Source of the DNA: a virus
Lineage: Duplodnaviria > Caudoviricetes
DNA length: 27,151 nucleotides
Direction: 5' to 3' (one strand)
Virus record (IMG/VR): IMGVR_UViG_3300020042_008659
Coordinates: 1-27,151 of that record
Below, one piece after another: positions 1 through 8,856 of the stretch (its first letter is position 1; each line of letters starts with the position of its first letter). Below the pieces are notes generated by a model. The model was given only the letters and a program-made list of their open reading frames with translations. It did no database searches and had not been told where the DNA came from. The position numbers were made by a program, and so were the translations under genes.

Positions 1-34
1 AAAGCATGGAAAACACTTTTAAAAAAATACATCG

Positions 35-172
35 ATGAGCGTAAATAAACGTCGCCCACTAGGCAAGCAAGAAGATATTTTCCACCAAGCGTGGAGAAAT
101 CGAAAAGAAGCAAAAGAGTTGAAAAATAAATTTGCAAATATTAAACCTGATAAAATACTAAGAAAATGTTAA
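35..172 (+). CDS. small basic hypothetical protein (45 aa, MSVNKRRPLG...)
   Basis: Read manually, absent from the ORF track; ATG 35 to TAA 170-172, stop overlaps the start of the next ORF. Confidence 0.5.
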   Translation: MSVNKRRPLGKQEDIFHQAWRNRKEAKELKNKFANIKPDKILRKC

Positions 173-714
173 AAGGGAAAGCAAAAATTGATTTTGAGAA
201 ATGGATTAAGGTAAGAGGAAATGATTTTGTATCAATAGTTGAAGCATATCCACAAGAACTGATTGTAAAATTTGAACATTTAGACGAAAATTTACAAGCC
301 GCCTTAATTATCGATTGGTTTGATTCGGTGGGTTACACGATAGACAGAGATTCATACGATAAAAAAATGATAATAACTGACTGGACGGATGGAAATGAAA
401 TAAGAACTTTTGTCGATTGTGATTATTTAAACCCTTTTTTAGAATGGTGGGAAGCTGCTATTATTAAAACAAACGAAATTTACAACCATATTAAAAAAAC
501 AACCATGATCCGATTTATAAAAATTACAGGCATTTACAACGACGACGAAGAGCAATGTTTTGCTTTTTTCGACACTACAACGGATAGATTCCTTGATTTT
601 GACGGTGTTCAGGTTTTCGAAGATTTGAAAGACTTCAAAATAAATTACACTAAGAAATGTGGCTATGACTATTTTCGGTTGGTAGATTTAATTCCCGAAA
701 CATTTAACCCTTAA
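166..714 (+). CDS. hypothetical phage protein, possibly two fused genes (internal start at 505)
   Basis: 182 aa ORF; in-frame ATG at 505 preceded by A-rich TTAAAAAAACAACC. Confidence 0.7.
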   Translation: MLKGKAKIDFEKWIKVRGNDFVSIVEAYPQELIVKFEHLDENLQAALIIDWFDSVGYTIDRDSYDKKMIITDWTDGNEIRTFVDCDYLNPFLEWWEAAIIKTNEIYNHIKKTTMIRFIKITGIYNDDEEQCFAFFDTTTDRFLDFDGVQVFEDLKDFKINYTKKCGYDYFRLVDLIPETFNP

Positions 715-727
715 AAAAAATAAAAGA

Positions 728-856
728 ATGACGACATTTTTAACAGCAACCCTAATCATCTTTGCAGCATTCATTTTGTGGATATTGCAAGATACTATTA
801 CGGAACTATTAAGCGAAGGAAAATCCTTTGCCGTGAAAGAAACTAAATTTTATTAA
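728..856 (+). CDS. small single-TM membrane protein (42 aa, MTTFLTATLIIFAAFILWILQ...)
   Basis: Read manually; A-rich leader, hydrophobic N-terminus, tightly packed between neighbours. Confidence 0.5.
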   Translation: MTTFLTATLIIFAAFILWILQDTITELLSEGKSFAVKETKFY

Positions 857-857
857 C

Positions 858-1028
858 ATGGCAAGAAAAACAAAAAAAGAATTAGCCGAAGAATGGGCTA
901 AAAAAAATAATACCTGCGGTGACAACCCTTGGTTTGACAAAGAAAACACCTATTATAATCTAATGGTAGATCAAATATTGAAGATGGCAAAGTATATAAA
1001 TGATAACTTAAAAACTAAATCTTATTAG
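858..1028 (+). CDS. hypothetical protein (56 aa, MARKTKKELAEEWAKK...)
   Basis: Read manually; starts 1 nt after the previous stop. Confidence 0.55.
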   Translation: MARKTKKELAEEWAKKNNTCGDNPWFDKENTYYNLMVDQILKMAKYINDNLKTKSY

Positions 1029-1048
1029 GATTTAAAATAAAACATTAC

Positions 1049-1056
1049 TATATTTG
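1049..1056 (+). promoter_or_regulatory. Bacteroidota-type -7 promoter element TATATTTG
   Basis: Matches TAnnTTTG consensus, intergenic position. Confidence 0.65.
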
Positions 1057-1059
1057 TCA

Positions 1060-1139
1060 CCTGCATTAGTGAATTTTCATAATTAATATTTTTTGGTTAG
1101 TGGTAGAAAGGCACCTCTTTTTTAAGGGGTGTTTTTTTT
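1060..1139 (+). ncRNA. candidate small RNA (~80 nt)
   Basis: Lies between a -7 element and an intrinsic terminator, with no ATG on the + strand. Confidence 0.45.
1110..1139 (+). terminator. rho-independent terminator
   Basis: Stem GGCACCTCTT / AAGGGGTGTT (with G-U pairs), 4-nt loop, T run to 1139. Confidence 0.75.
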
Positions 1140-1154
1140 GTTTAATATTTTTTG

Positions 1155-1162
1155 TATCTTTG
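1155..1162 (+). promoter_or_regulatory. -7 promoter element TATCTTTG for the terminase operon
   Basis: TAnnTTTG match directly after the terminator, 4 nt before ATG 1167. Confidence 0.6.
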
Positions 1163-1166
1163 GGGC

Positions 1167-1601
1167 ATGGCTAGACCGAGTGAATATAACTTTGATGTGT
1201 GTATTGAAATCTGCTCAGAGGTAGCAAATGGTTTCAATATCAAAACAGTCCTTAAAAGCAAGGACGAATACCCTACGTTTCAAACTTTCTGCAACTGGAA
1301 AAGAGCAAATCAAGAATTGTTTGACCTGTATGTAAAGACTATGCAGGACAAAGCTGAATCAGAAATGGAGGAGATAGATCATGTTTACGATATGCTTAAG
1401 GCTGGTGAAATCGAGCCAAGCGCAGCAAATGTTTTGATTCAGACCAAGAAATGGACTGCTTCGAAATATTACCCTAAAATGTTTGGAGACAAAACGGACA
1501 TTACAAGCGGAGGTGAGAAAATTAACAATCAATCAATACCTTTAGTTTTATCGGATGGTAGGAGCTATGAGGATTTGAAGAACGAGCTTAAACCCGAATG
1601 A
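1167..1601 (+). CDS. terS: terminase small subunit
   Basis: MARPSEY start, HTH-like PTFQTFCNW segment, C-terminal KMFGDKTDITSGGEK; ATGA overlap with terL. Start moved from TTG 1152 to ATG 1167. Confidence 0.85.
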   Translation: MARPSEYNFDVCIEICSEVANGFNIKTVLKSKDEYPTFQTFCNWKRANQELFDLYVKTMQDKAESEMEEIDHVYDMLKAGEIEPSAANVLIQTKKWTASKYYPKMFGDKTDITSGGEKINNQSIPLVLSDGRSYEDLKNELKPE

Positions 1602-2992
1602 CGTACGGAGTAACCGAAGTTTTTGTAAAGCACGATTACTATTCTGAATTAAGAATCAAAATTCTTAAAAAAGAAGGTGGTCGTTTTTTCGTTTGTGAAG
1701 ATTTGGGCGACAGGCTAGAAGTAAGGGATGAAGTAATTAACACTAAAAAATTATACCCAATAGTAGAGAATTTCCTAACTTATAAACTTGACGATACTTT
1801 TTTTTATATTTATGAAGATGGAAAATATTCTCAATATAGATATAAGTATATTAAGCATGTAGGTAGCTCTCGTAGTTCAAAGAGCTGGAGCCTTGAAGAA
1901 AAAGCCACAAGAAAATGCGAAGAAATACCTACTACTAGGGTAACTATCTGGAGAGATACTAGGGAGTCTTTAGGTAATTCAGTTTGGAAAGATTTCCGTA
2001 AAATATTTGCGCTATCTGGAAGACCTTATAAATTCCCACGAAACACAGTACCTATTCATTTTGAAAATGGATCCATTATTGAACCACACGGAGACGACAC
2101 GACAAACGCCCACGGTATAACGCAGGACGTAGCTTGGCTGAATGAGCCTTATAAAATGACCAAAGAGACGTTCGACCAAATTGACCAGAGAGCAAATCAA
2201 ATTTGGATAGACATAAATCCATCGGGCAAACATTGGAGCGATGAACTAGATCATCATCCTAGGTGCAAAGTCATACATTCTACATTCATGCTTAATCCTT
2301 TTTGCCCTATTGAGCAAAAGAAAAAGATACTATCGTATGATCCAAGTAATCCCGTGAACATAGCTAACGACACGGCAGACGCTTACATGTGGAGCGTTTA
2401 CGGCTTGGGCATGAAAGCAGAGAAACCAAATAGAATTTTTAAAGGTTGGAAAACCTTAACAAATGCCGATTTTGAAAAACTACCGTATCAGTCTTATTAT
2501 GGCTTAGATTTCGGATTATCTGCACCGACTTCTTTAGTCGAAATGAAATTCGACGGTGACGAAAACTACTTTTTTAAAGAGGTTCTTTACAAGCCTCTTA
2601 ACGACAATGTTATCAAAAAAATGGAAGGCATAAAAGGCAGTTTAACGGAGGAGTTTGAAAGGCTTGGAATACCAAAACATAAACAGATCATTTGTGATAG
2701 TGGAAATGAGCTGAACAAAGAGGAAAGCAGAAAATTAAAGAATGCCGGTTACAATGTTATTCAAGCAAAAAAGGGTAGTGGTTCTATTGCCGCTGGTATC
2801 GAAACCATGCAGAAGAGCAAAATACATTATACTAAAGAATCTATCAACATAGAAAATGAGTACGAAAACTATTGTTGGAAAATATGGCAAGGGATTCAAA
2901 TGGACGTGCCAGAGGAAAACGGAGACGATCACGCATTAGATGCAATGAAGTATGTGATTTCTTGGTTTGTGAAAGTTTTTAGACTATCTTAG
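1598..2992 (+). CDS. terL: terminase large subunit (PBSX-like)
   Basis: Walker A-like GSSRSSKS, Walker B WLNE, motif III DINP, nuclease acidic motifs GLDFG, CDS and DHALDAMKY. Confidence 0.93.
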   Translation: MTYGVTEVFVKHDYYSELRIKILKKEGGRFFVCEDLGDRLEVRDEVINTKKLYPIVENFLTYKLDDTFFYIYEDGKYSQYRYKYIKHVGSSRSSKSWSLEEKATRKCEEIPTTRVTIWRDTRESLGNSVWKDFRKIFALSGRPYKFPRNTVPIHFENGSIIEPHGDDTTNAHGITQDVAWLNEPYKMTKETFDQIDQRANQIWIDINPSGKHWSDELDHHPRCKVIHSTFMLNPFCPIEQKKKILSYDPSNPVNIANDTADAYMWSVYGLGMKAEKPNRIFKGWKTLTNADFEKLPYQSYYGLDFGLSAPTSLVEMKFDGDENYFFKEVLYKPLNDNVIKKMEGIKGSLTEEFERLGIPKHKQIICDSGNELNKEESRKLKNAGYNVIQAKKGSGSIAAGIETMQKSKIHYTKESINIENEYENYCWKIWQGIQMDVPEENGDDHALDAMKYVISWFVKVFRLS

Positions 2993-3004
2993 TAAAAAAA
3001 AAAT

Positions 3005-3133
3005 ATGAAAGAATCTGATAAAATATTTCAAGTAAAAACAGTTGGAAAAACACAAGAAAGAGCCTTGCATTCACTTGTTTGTGTAAACGATAATAGCGAA
3101 AACTTACAGCAAGTTATTTCAAGGTTAAAATAA
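3005..3133 (+). CDS. small hypothetical protein (42 aa, MKESDKIFQV...)
   Basis: Read manually; A-rich leader, fills the terL-portal gap. Confidence 0.4.
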   Translation: MKESDKIFQVKTVGKTQERALHSLVCVNDNSENLQQVISRLK

Positions 3134-3170
3134 AAATATGACGATTTTAAAGTTATAAGTTAAAAATTAC

Positions 3171-3204
3171 TATATTTGCCTAATTAACAATATTGTGAAA
3201 TATC
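3171..3204 (+). promoter_or_regulatory. -7 element TATATTTG plus leader hairpin ATATT-GTGA-AATAT upstream of portal
   Basis: Consensus match; similar arrangement recurs at 18086-18113. Confidence 0.6.
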
Positions 3205-3210
3205 GATTTT

Positions 3211-4395
3211 ATGGGGTTATTAGATTTTTGGAAAAGTAATAAGGTGTTCGTCGAGCGTGACCGCAACGGCAATTTCGCCTATTCTTTTTTAGACCAAGAC
3301 GGTTTCAAAAACTCAGAGAAGTATTTAGATATTTCCCTAAGTAATCCAGTGATTATAGCCATTATTGCTCTTCGCTCTAAGATTTTCTCACAGATGAAAA
3401 TCACCCATTTAAACGCTTCGGGTAAACCTATCGAAAATAGCGAGATAATAAAACTACTAAAACAGCCTAACTACTTTCAATCTCAAGAAGATTTTTTATT
3501 CCAGTTAATGTGGTTTATGTCAGCCGTTGGCACTAACATCACGTACAAGGTTCAAGGCTCGCAATCAATAAATTCAATTTACAATTTAGTACCTAGCGAA
3601 ATCGACTTTAACGATACTCACAAGGTTAAGTCATTTCTATACACTAAAGCAGAGCAGAAAGCGCACGAAGAGCAAACTATAAAGTATAAGCTAGATAATC
3701 AAGAGTATAAGCTAAAAATTAAAGACTTGACTTTTGTCTTTGATTTAGCCAATGGCTTGTGTAAGAACTCGTTTACATCAGCACCAAGTAGATTAAAAGG
3801 TATTTCTAAGACTATTGAGAACATAGAAGAAAATTTACTATCTAAAAATGTAAATCTTAAAATGTCTCAAAAGTATTTGATGGCTTCTCAAAGTGATGGG
3901 AACGAGGTTCAAATACAAGATAGCGACAGACAAGATATATTCTCAAAGATTTCCAAAAAGTCATTACTTATAACTAATGCCAATATCAAGGCGCAACACC
4001 TTGTTAGCGATATGAAGCGTTTATACTTGGATGAGCAGTTAAGTAATGATGCTTTGACCTGCTTAAATGCGTTTGAGATGTCTAAGGACATCCTAACATA
4101 CTTTAGTACTAATGGAGGATTAAGTGTTAGCGACAAAGAGCAGGCGATGATAAACTACATTCAAAATTCTATCCAATCTGATGCAAATAACGTGATGAAT
4201 AGCTTTGCTAGCTCGTTTGGGTTGATAGATAAAGGAGAGAGCTTAGTAGCTTCTTATAATCATTTGCCAGTTATGCAACTAGTGATGAAGGCAAAGATTG
4301 ATACGCTAAAAGCTTTTCAAGAAACATTGATTTACGAAGCACCAGAAGAACAAAGAAGATTAAGTAATGATTTTAAAATAATTTTAGGGTTATGA
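3211..4395 (+). CDS. portal protein (HK97-type)
   Basis: 394 aa after terL; LLKQPNYFQSQEDF and IYNLVPSEI motifs typical of HK97-family portals. Confidence 0.88.
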   Translation: MGLLDFWKSNKVFVERDRNGNFAYSFLDQDGFKNSEKYLDISLSNPVIIAIIALRSKIFSQMKITHLNASGKPIENSEIIKLLKQPNYFQSQEDFLFQLMWFMSAVGTNITYKVQGSQSINSIYNLVPSEIDFNDTHKVKSFLYTKAEQKAHEEQTIKYKLDNQEYKLKIKDLTFVFDLANGLCKNSFTSAPSRLKGISKTIENIEENLLSKNVNLKMSQKYLMASQSDGNEVQIQDSDRQDIFSKISKKSLLITNANIKAQHLVSDMKRLYLDEQLSNDALTCLNAFEMSKDILTYFSTNGGLSVSDKEQAMINYIQNSIQSDANNVMNSFASSFGLIDKGESLVASYNHLPVMQLVMKAKIDTLKAFQETLIYEAPEEQRRLSNDFKIILGL

Positions 4396-4487
4396 AAGAA
4401 GTAAAGAAGCCACAGCTTACCCAAGCGCAAATTGATAAGTTGAAAGCAGATAAAGAAAAACAATTGCAAAACCTTATAAAAAAATGA
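4392..4487 (+). CDS. 31 aa microprotein (MKEVKKPQLTQAQIDKLKADKEKQLQNLIKK)
   Basis: ATGA overlaps with both the portal stop and the protease start. Confidence 0.55.
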   Translation: MKEVKKPQLTQAQIDKLKADKEKQLQNLIKK

Positions 4488-5314
4488 TTGTAGTTAAAGA
4501 ATTTCCAGAAAGAACTTTTGCAAATAAAGAAGAATTGTTTTCTGCATTAAGAGAAAATAAATCAACGCTTATTGCTCAAAAGAAAATGATTACAAAAGAA
4601 TCTGATTCTTTAATTCATTATGTTGAGGCGGAAGAGAAGAATTTAGAAGCAAACAAAGCCGACAATTATCAAGATATTGACATTTCTAAAATAAAAGCCA
4701 AATTAGTAATAAATACCACAAACATAATGGATAGTCATTCCGACGTTCATTTAAAAGGGATTTGGACGAAATCGGCAAAAGAGCAAAAAAACGTAATGCT
4801 TTTGCAGGAACATCAAATGAAATTCAACTCAATAATTTCTAGTGAAGTAAATACAAGTGTAAAAACTATGTCTTGGAAATCATTAGGTTTTGATTTTGAA
4901 GGAAATACAGAAGCATTAATTTTTGATACTGAAATATCAAAAGAGCGTAATTCTTTTATGTTTGAACAATATTATAAAGGCTACGTTAAAGAGCATTCAG
5001 TAGGTATGAGATACGTTAAATTAGATTTAGCCATAAATTCAAAAAACGAATTTGACAAAAAAGAAAAAGAAATTTGGGACAAATACATTGACGAAATTGT
5101 AAATAAAGAAGTAGCGGAAGCACAGGGGTACTTTTGGGCAGTTACAGAAGCTAAAATAGTAGAAGGTTCAGCAGTTGTAAAAGGCTCTAATTTTGCTACT
5201 CCAACAATATCAATCGAAGCCGTTAAAGAAGACACTCCGATAGAAACAAAAGAAGAGCCGACAAGCGAAGTCACTCAAAGGATGCTAAAAGAGTTATTAA
5301 ATAAATTCAATTAA
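4484..5314 (+). CDS. prohead protease (HK97/S78-like)
   Basis: Between portal and capsid; DSHSDVH, LLQEH (His), HSVG (Ser), EGSAV motifs. Confidence 0.8.
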   Translation: MIVVKEFPERTFANKEELFSALRENKSTLIAQKKMITKESDSLIHYVEAEEKNLEANKADNYQDIDISKIKAKLVINTTNIMDSHSDVHLKGIWTKSAKEQKNVMLLQEHQMKFNSIISSEVNTSVKTMSWKSLGFDFEGNTEALIFDTEISKERNSFMFEQYYKGYVKEHSVGMRYVKLDLAINSKNEFDKKEKEIWDKYIDEIVNKEVAEAQGYFWAVTEAKIVEGSAVVKGSNFATPTISIEAVKEDTPIETKEEPTSEVTQRMLKELLNKFN

Positions 5315-5322
5315 AAAAAACA

Positions 5323-6504
5323 ATGGAAGAAATTATTAAAGATTTAGGTCAGAAAATTGACGCAATGAAAAATGAAACAGTTTCTAAAGCCGAGCTTATT
5401 GAAGTACTTTCAAAAGTAAAAGCGTTGGAAACACAAGGGGAAGACGTGTCTCAAATGAAATCCGATATGGAACAAGTAACATTGAGGGTTTTAGGGCTTG
5501 AAACAAAAGGAGAAACCGACAATATTCCTGAATCATTAGGTACTTTGCTTAAAGAAAAAAGCGATGAGTTAAAAGCAATGAAAGAGAAGTCTGGCGCATC
5601 TGTTCAGATTACTTTAAAAGCTGCTGGAACAATGGCTTTGACAACAAACACAACAGGTCAAATCCCACAAGCAGAAAGAGAGCAAGGAATTACAAGAGTT
5701 GTAAGGCGTAACCCGTTTATCTTAGAGTTGGTAAATGTTGGTACTATTATGTCAAACGTTTGGGAATGGGTTGAGCAAAAAAATCCTGACGGAGGCGCTG
5801 GAATGACTGCAGAGGCTGCCGCAAAATCACAAGCGGACTTTGATTTAGTAGTTGCTTCTGCTAACGTTAAAAAAGTAACTGCTTACATCAAAGTTACTAA
5901 AGAAATGTTAGACGACGTAGCGTTAATGCGTTCAGAAATCGACCAAGAATTAACCGAGTTAATCAACTTGAAAATTGATGAGCAATTATTGAACGGAACA
6001 GGATTAACTGTTAACTTAGTAGGAATCAACACTAATGCTACTGCTTGGGCTGCTGGAGCATTTGCTTTAGCTATTCCAACGCCTAACGTTTTTGATGTGC
6101 TTAGAACGGCTGTAAACCAAGTTCGTGTTAACTTGTTTGAGCCTACTTATATCGTTATGCACCCAACGGATGTTACCAAAATGGATTTAGCAAAAGGATC
6201 CGACGGTCATTATGTGTTACCTCCTTTCGCTTCAAACGATGGCACTCAAGTAAGCGGTATTCGTGTAGTTGCTAATACAGGGGTAGCAATTGACAACTTC
6301 TTAGTTGGTGACTTCTCTAAAGCAGGCGTTCGTTTCAAAGAAGGATTGACTATCAATGTAGGTTACGAAAATGATGACTTTACTAAAAACTTAGTAACTA
6401 TATTGGCTGAGGCTAGATTGGTGCAAAGAGTAAAATCAAATCATTACGGAGCATTTGTAAAAGGCGTTATTTCAACTTCTATTACTGCTTTAACTAAACC
6501 ATAA
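5323..6504 (+). CDS. major capsid protein, HK97 fold with N-terminal coiled-coil scaffold (delta) domain
   Basis: VTKEMLDD, LLNGTG, VMHPTD, FLVGDFS, DFTKNLVTILAEAR motifs. Confidence 0.95.
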   Translation: MEEIIKDLGQKIDAMKNETVSKAELIEVLSKVKALETQGEDVSQMKSDMEQVTLRVLGLETKGETDNIPESLGTLLKEKSDELKAMKEKSGASVQITLKAAGTMALTTNTTGQIPQAEREQGITRVVRRNPFILELVNVGTIMSNVWEWVEQKNPDGGAGMTAEAAAKSQADFDLVVASANVKKVTAYIKVTKEMLDDVALMRSEIDQELTELINLKIDEQLLNGTGLTVNLVGINTNATAWAAGAFALAIPTPNVFDVLRTAVNQVRVNLFEPTYIVMHPTDVTKMDLAKGSDGHYVLPPFASNDGTQVSGIRVVANTGVAIDNFLVGDFSKAGVRFKEGLTINVGYENDDFTKNLVTILAEARLVQRVKSNHYGAFVKGVISTSITALTKP

Positions 6505-6508
6505 TTAA

Positions 6509-6658
6509 ATGGAAGTTAGACTATTAAAAGATTGGGCGGGTTATAAAAAATCCGCCTTAATCCAAATAGAAGATAAAGACGTTTTAACGAAAGGGCTTGA
6601 AATCAAACTTTTTGAAGAGCTAAAAGAAAAAACTAAAAAAGATGCAAATAGTAAATAA
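6509..6658 (+). CDS. small post-capsid protein (49 aa, MEVRLLKDWAGYKK...)
   Basis: Read manually; typical position and size, overlaps the start of the next gene. Confidence 0.65.
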   Translation: MEVRLLKDWAGYKKSALIQIEDKDVLTKGLEIKLFEELKEKTKKDANSK

Positions 6659-7247
6659 ATCATATTTCAATAAGCAAAATTATCTACACATACCGTTAGC
6701 GGTATCAAATCCTTCGAGCGTGCCAAACAACGCAACTGAGATAGATTATCTTTGCGAAAAATTGGAACGTGAGATATTACTAAACGCCCTTGGTTTAAGT
6801 CTTTACAACGAAATTAAAGCGATTACAGACATCAACACGGCAGCAGAAAAGTTTAAGAAACTGATCCAAGGTGACGAATACGATGGTAAAATATGGCTAG
6901 GGCTTGATAATGATGATTCATTGATAGCAAACTACATTTACCAAGAATTTGTGACCCAAACAGATATTAGACTTTCGGCAACTGGAGCGAAAAAAGTAAA
7001 TCCTGAAAACGCAACGAATCAAACACCTCGTTATTTAATAGCGGCTGCTCATCAGAATTTCATCAAGCAATACCAAGGCGAATATTTAATCGAGCCTATT
7101 GTAATTGATAATTTTATTGATTGGTATGGGCGTGATTGTGTCGAAAAAAGCTTATATGGGTATTTGATGGACAAGCAAGCCGATTTTTCAAATTGGAAAC
7201 CTGAGTATTTCAAAATTTACGAAACCAAAAACAGCTTTGGAATATGA
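6642..7247 (+). CDS. putative head-tail adaptor/connector
   Basis: 201 aa; function by synteny only. Confidence 0.55.
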   Translation: MQIVNKSYFNKQNYLHIPLAVSNPSSVPNNATEIDYLCEKLEREILLNALGLSLYNEIKAITDINTAAEKFKKLIQGDEYDGKIWLGLDNDDSLIANYIYQEFVTQTDIRLSATGAKKVNPENATNQTPRYLIAAAHQNFIKQYQGEYLIEPIVIDNFIDWYGRDCVEKSLYGYLMDKQADFSNWKPEYFKIYETKNSFGI

Positions 7248-7741
7248 TTGTTTTCGAGGAAAAATTGAGAGAATTAATAGGCTTAATGCCTGATTTGAAT
7301 GGTACTTACCCTATTCGATACGACTGGGGGACGGTTGATGTCCTGAATAAATACTTGACGCTTCCAGAGACTGTTTCAAAGTATCCTTTAATTTGGCTAG
7401 TAACCGACAGCACTAAGCGTGATTTGTTAAAATCTAAAGTATCTAGAACCACGAGACTTGTAATAGCTACAATGTCAAATGATGTAGATGGTTTTAATTT
7501 TCAGCAATATCAAACTGATTATAAGTATATTCTTCTGCCTACTTACGAGAATTTAATAAAATTACTTAATAGTAGCGGTGTTTCTAAGATAATTGGCAAC
7601 TCTATTGTTGAAGAAATGAAGCCGAACTACAGTTTTAGAGATAATGGTAAAGGTTTGATAGACGTTTGGAATGCTCTGGTTATTGATTTGGATATTGAGC
7701 TTACAGAAGGGTGTATTAACCAAGTAAAATTCACAATATGA
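7244..7741 (+). CDS. putative tail terminator/neck protein
   Basis: 165 aa upstream of the tail tube gene; YPLIWLV motif; synteny. Confidence 0.5.
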   Translation: MIVFEEKLRELIGLMPDLNGTYPIRYDWGTVDVLNKYLTLPETVSKYPLIWLVTDSTKRDLLKSKVSRTTRLVIATMSNDVDGFNFQQYQTDYKYILLPTYENLIKLLNSSGVSKIIGNSIVEEMKPNYSFRDNGKGLIDVWNALVIDLDIELTEGCINQVKFTI

Positions 7742-7881
7742 GTGAAAAAAAGAAAAAAGAACAGACTTTCAAAGTCGTTAAGAAAATAACGATTGACAAA
7801 GTTTACTTAGCGGGGCAAGGTGTTACGCTATCGGACGAAAAAACAATTAAAAATTTAAAAAACTTAAATTACATAAAATGA
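7738..7881 (+). CDS. 47 aa basic protein (MSEKKKKEQTFKVVK...)
   Basis: ATGA overlaps at both ends. Confidence 0.6.
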   Translation: MSEKKKKEQTFKVVKKITIDKVYLAGQGVTLSDEKTIKNLKNLNYIK

Positions 7882-8783
7882 CATTAGAAGAACAAATCAA
7901 CTCAATTAACTGCTCTGGAAGCGGTGTAAAAGGTACTGGTTTAGCGGGTTGCAGAATAGATATGAAGCTCATTAGAGCTTGCGGTTTGCTTCAAAAAGGC
8001 TATGTTTTAACCGAGTTTATTGATAAAGAATACTTGGAGAGCCTTATTAAAGATGGTATTCTTATTATGCTTCAAGGTGTGGTCACATTCGAAGATGCTA
8101 CAGCAGATGATAACATCATCACAAGAGCAGGCACAGGGATCAAAGTTGTTGCTGGGAAAAATCCTTACGAAAAAGTAATGACCTTTGACAATGGTATCAA
8201 TTTCCACACAGCATTAAAAACGCTTTCTGGTTATGAAGATTACGATATCGTATTTTGGGACATCGACAATACAATGTGGATGACTCAAACAAAATCAGGG
8301 CAACCAAAAGGCTTCACCCTTGGTATGTTTGAAAATGGGAAGTATACAAATGCTAACGGTGTTGACTCAGCAAGCCAAAGCGTTATGTTCCAGATGATTG
8401 AACGCTATGAGTTTGACGATTTAATTACTTGGGTGACAAATGATAACTTAGACTTCTACTACACCGAGTTGAAAGGTGTCAATGAAACTATTGTGACAGT
8501 GTCGCCTATTGCTCCAGCAGCTACAACGATTAGCACATCGGTTTATTTGTTAGACAAAACCCATCCAGTAGAGGGCTTGCTTGTGGCTGATTTTGCAGTT
8601 ACAAAAGATGGCGTGGCTATTACTCCAAGTGCGGTGACGTATAGCGCAACCACTAAGAAGTATTCGTTAACCGTTCCTGCAACCGTTGCGGCTCAGGTTT
8701 ACACGGTTTCTTTGAAAAATACAGTTAAAACATTGGCAGGGGTATTTTACAAGTCAAATACAGATAGTGTAGTTGTAGCGTAA
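7878..8783 (+). CDS. major tail tube protein with probable C-terminal Ig-like domain
   Basis: 301 aa, T/V/A-rich beta C-terminus, followed by a strong terminator; synteny. Confidence 0.75.
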   Translation: MTLEEQINSINCSGSGVKGTGLAGCRIDMKLIRACGLLQKGYVLTEFIDKEYLESLIKDGILIMLQGVVTFEDATADDNIITRAGTGIKVVAGKNPYEKVMTFDNGINFHTALKTLSGYEDYDIVFWDIDNTMWMTQTKSGQPKGFTLGMFENGKYTNANGVDSASQSVMFQMIERYEFDDLITWVTNDNLDFYYTELKGVNETIVTVSPIAPAATTISTSVYLLDKTHPVEGLLVADFAVTKDGVAITPSAVTYSATTKKYSLTVPATVAAQVYTVSLKNTVKTLAGVFYKSNTDSVVVA

Positions 8784-8804
8784 TTATTAAAGGATTTAGT
8801 TATT

Positions 8805-8836
8805 AAAAGCCGTTGCGTTAAGTAACGGCTTTTTTT
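8805..8836 (+). terminator. rho-independent terminator
   Basis: AAAAGCCGTTGC / GTAACGGCTTTT stem followed by a T run. Confidence 0.85.
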
Positions 8837-8837
8837 G

Positions 8838-8845
8838 TATATTTG
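8838..8845 (+). promoter_or_regulatory. -7 element TATATTTG abutting the terminator
   Basis: Consensus match 11 nt before ATG 8857. Confidence 0.6.
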
Positions 8846-8856
8846 ACAAAAAAAGT

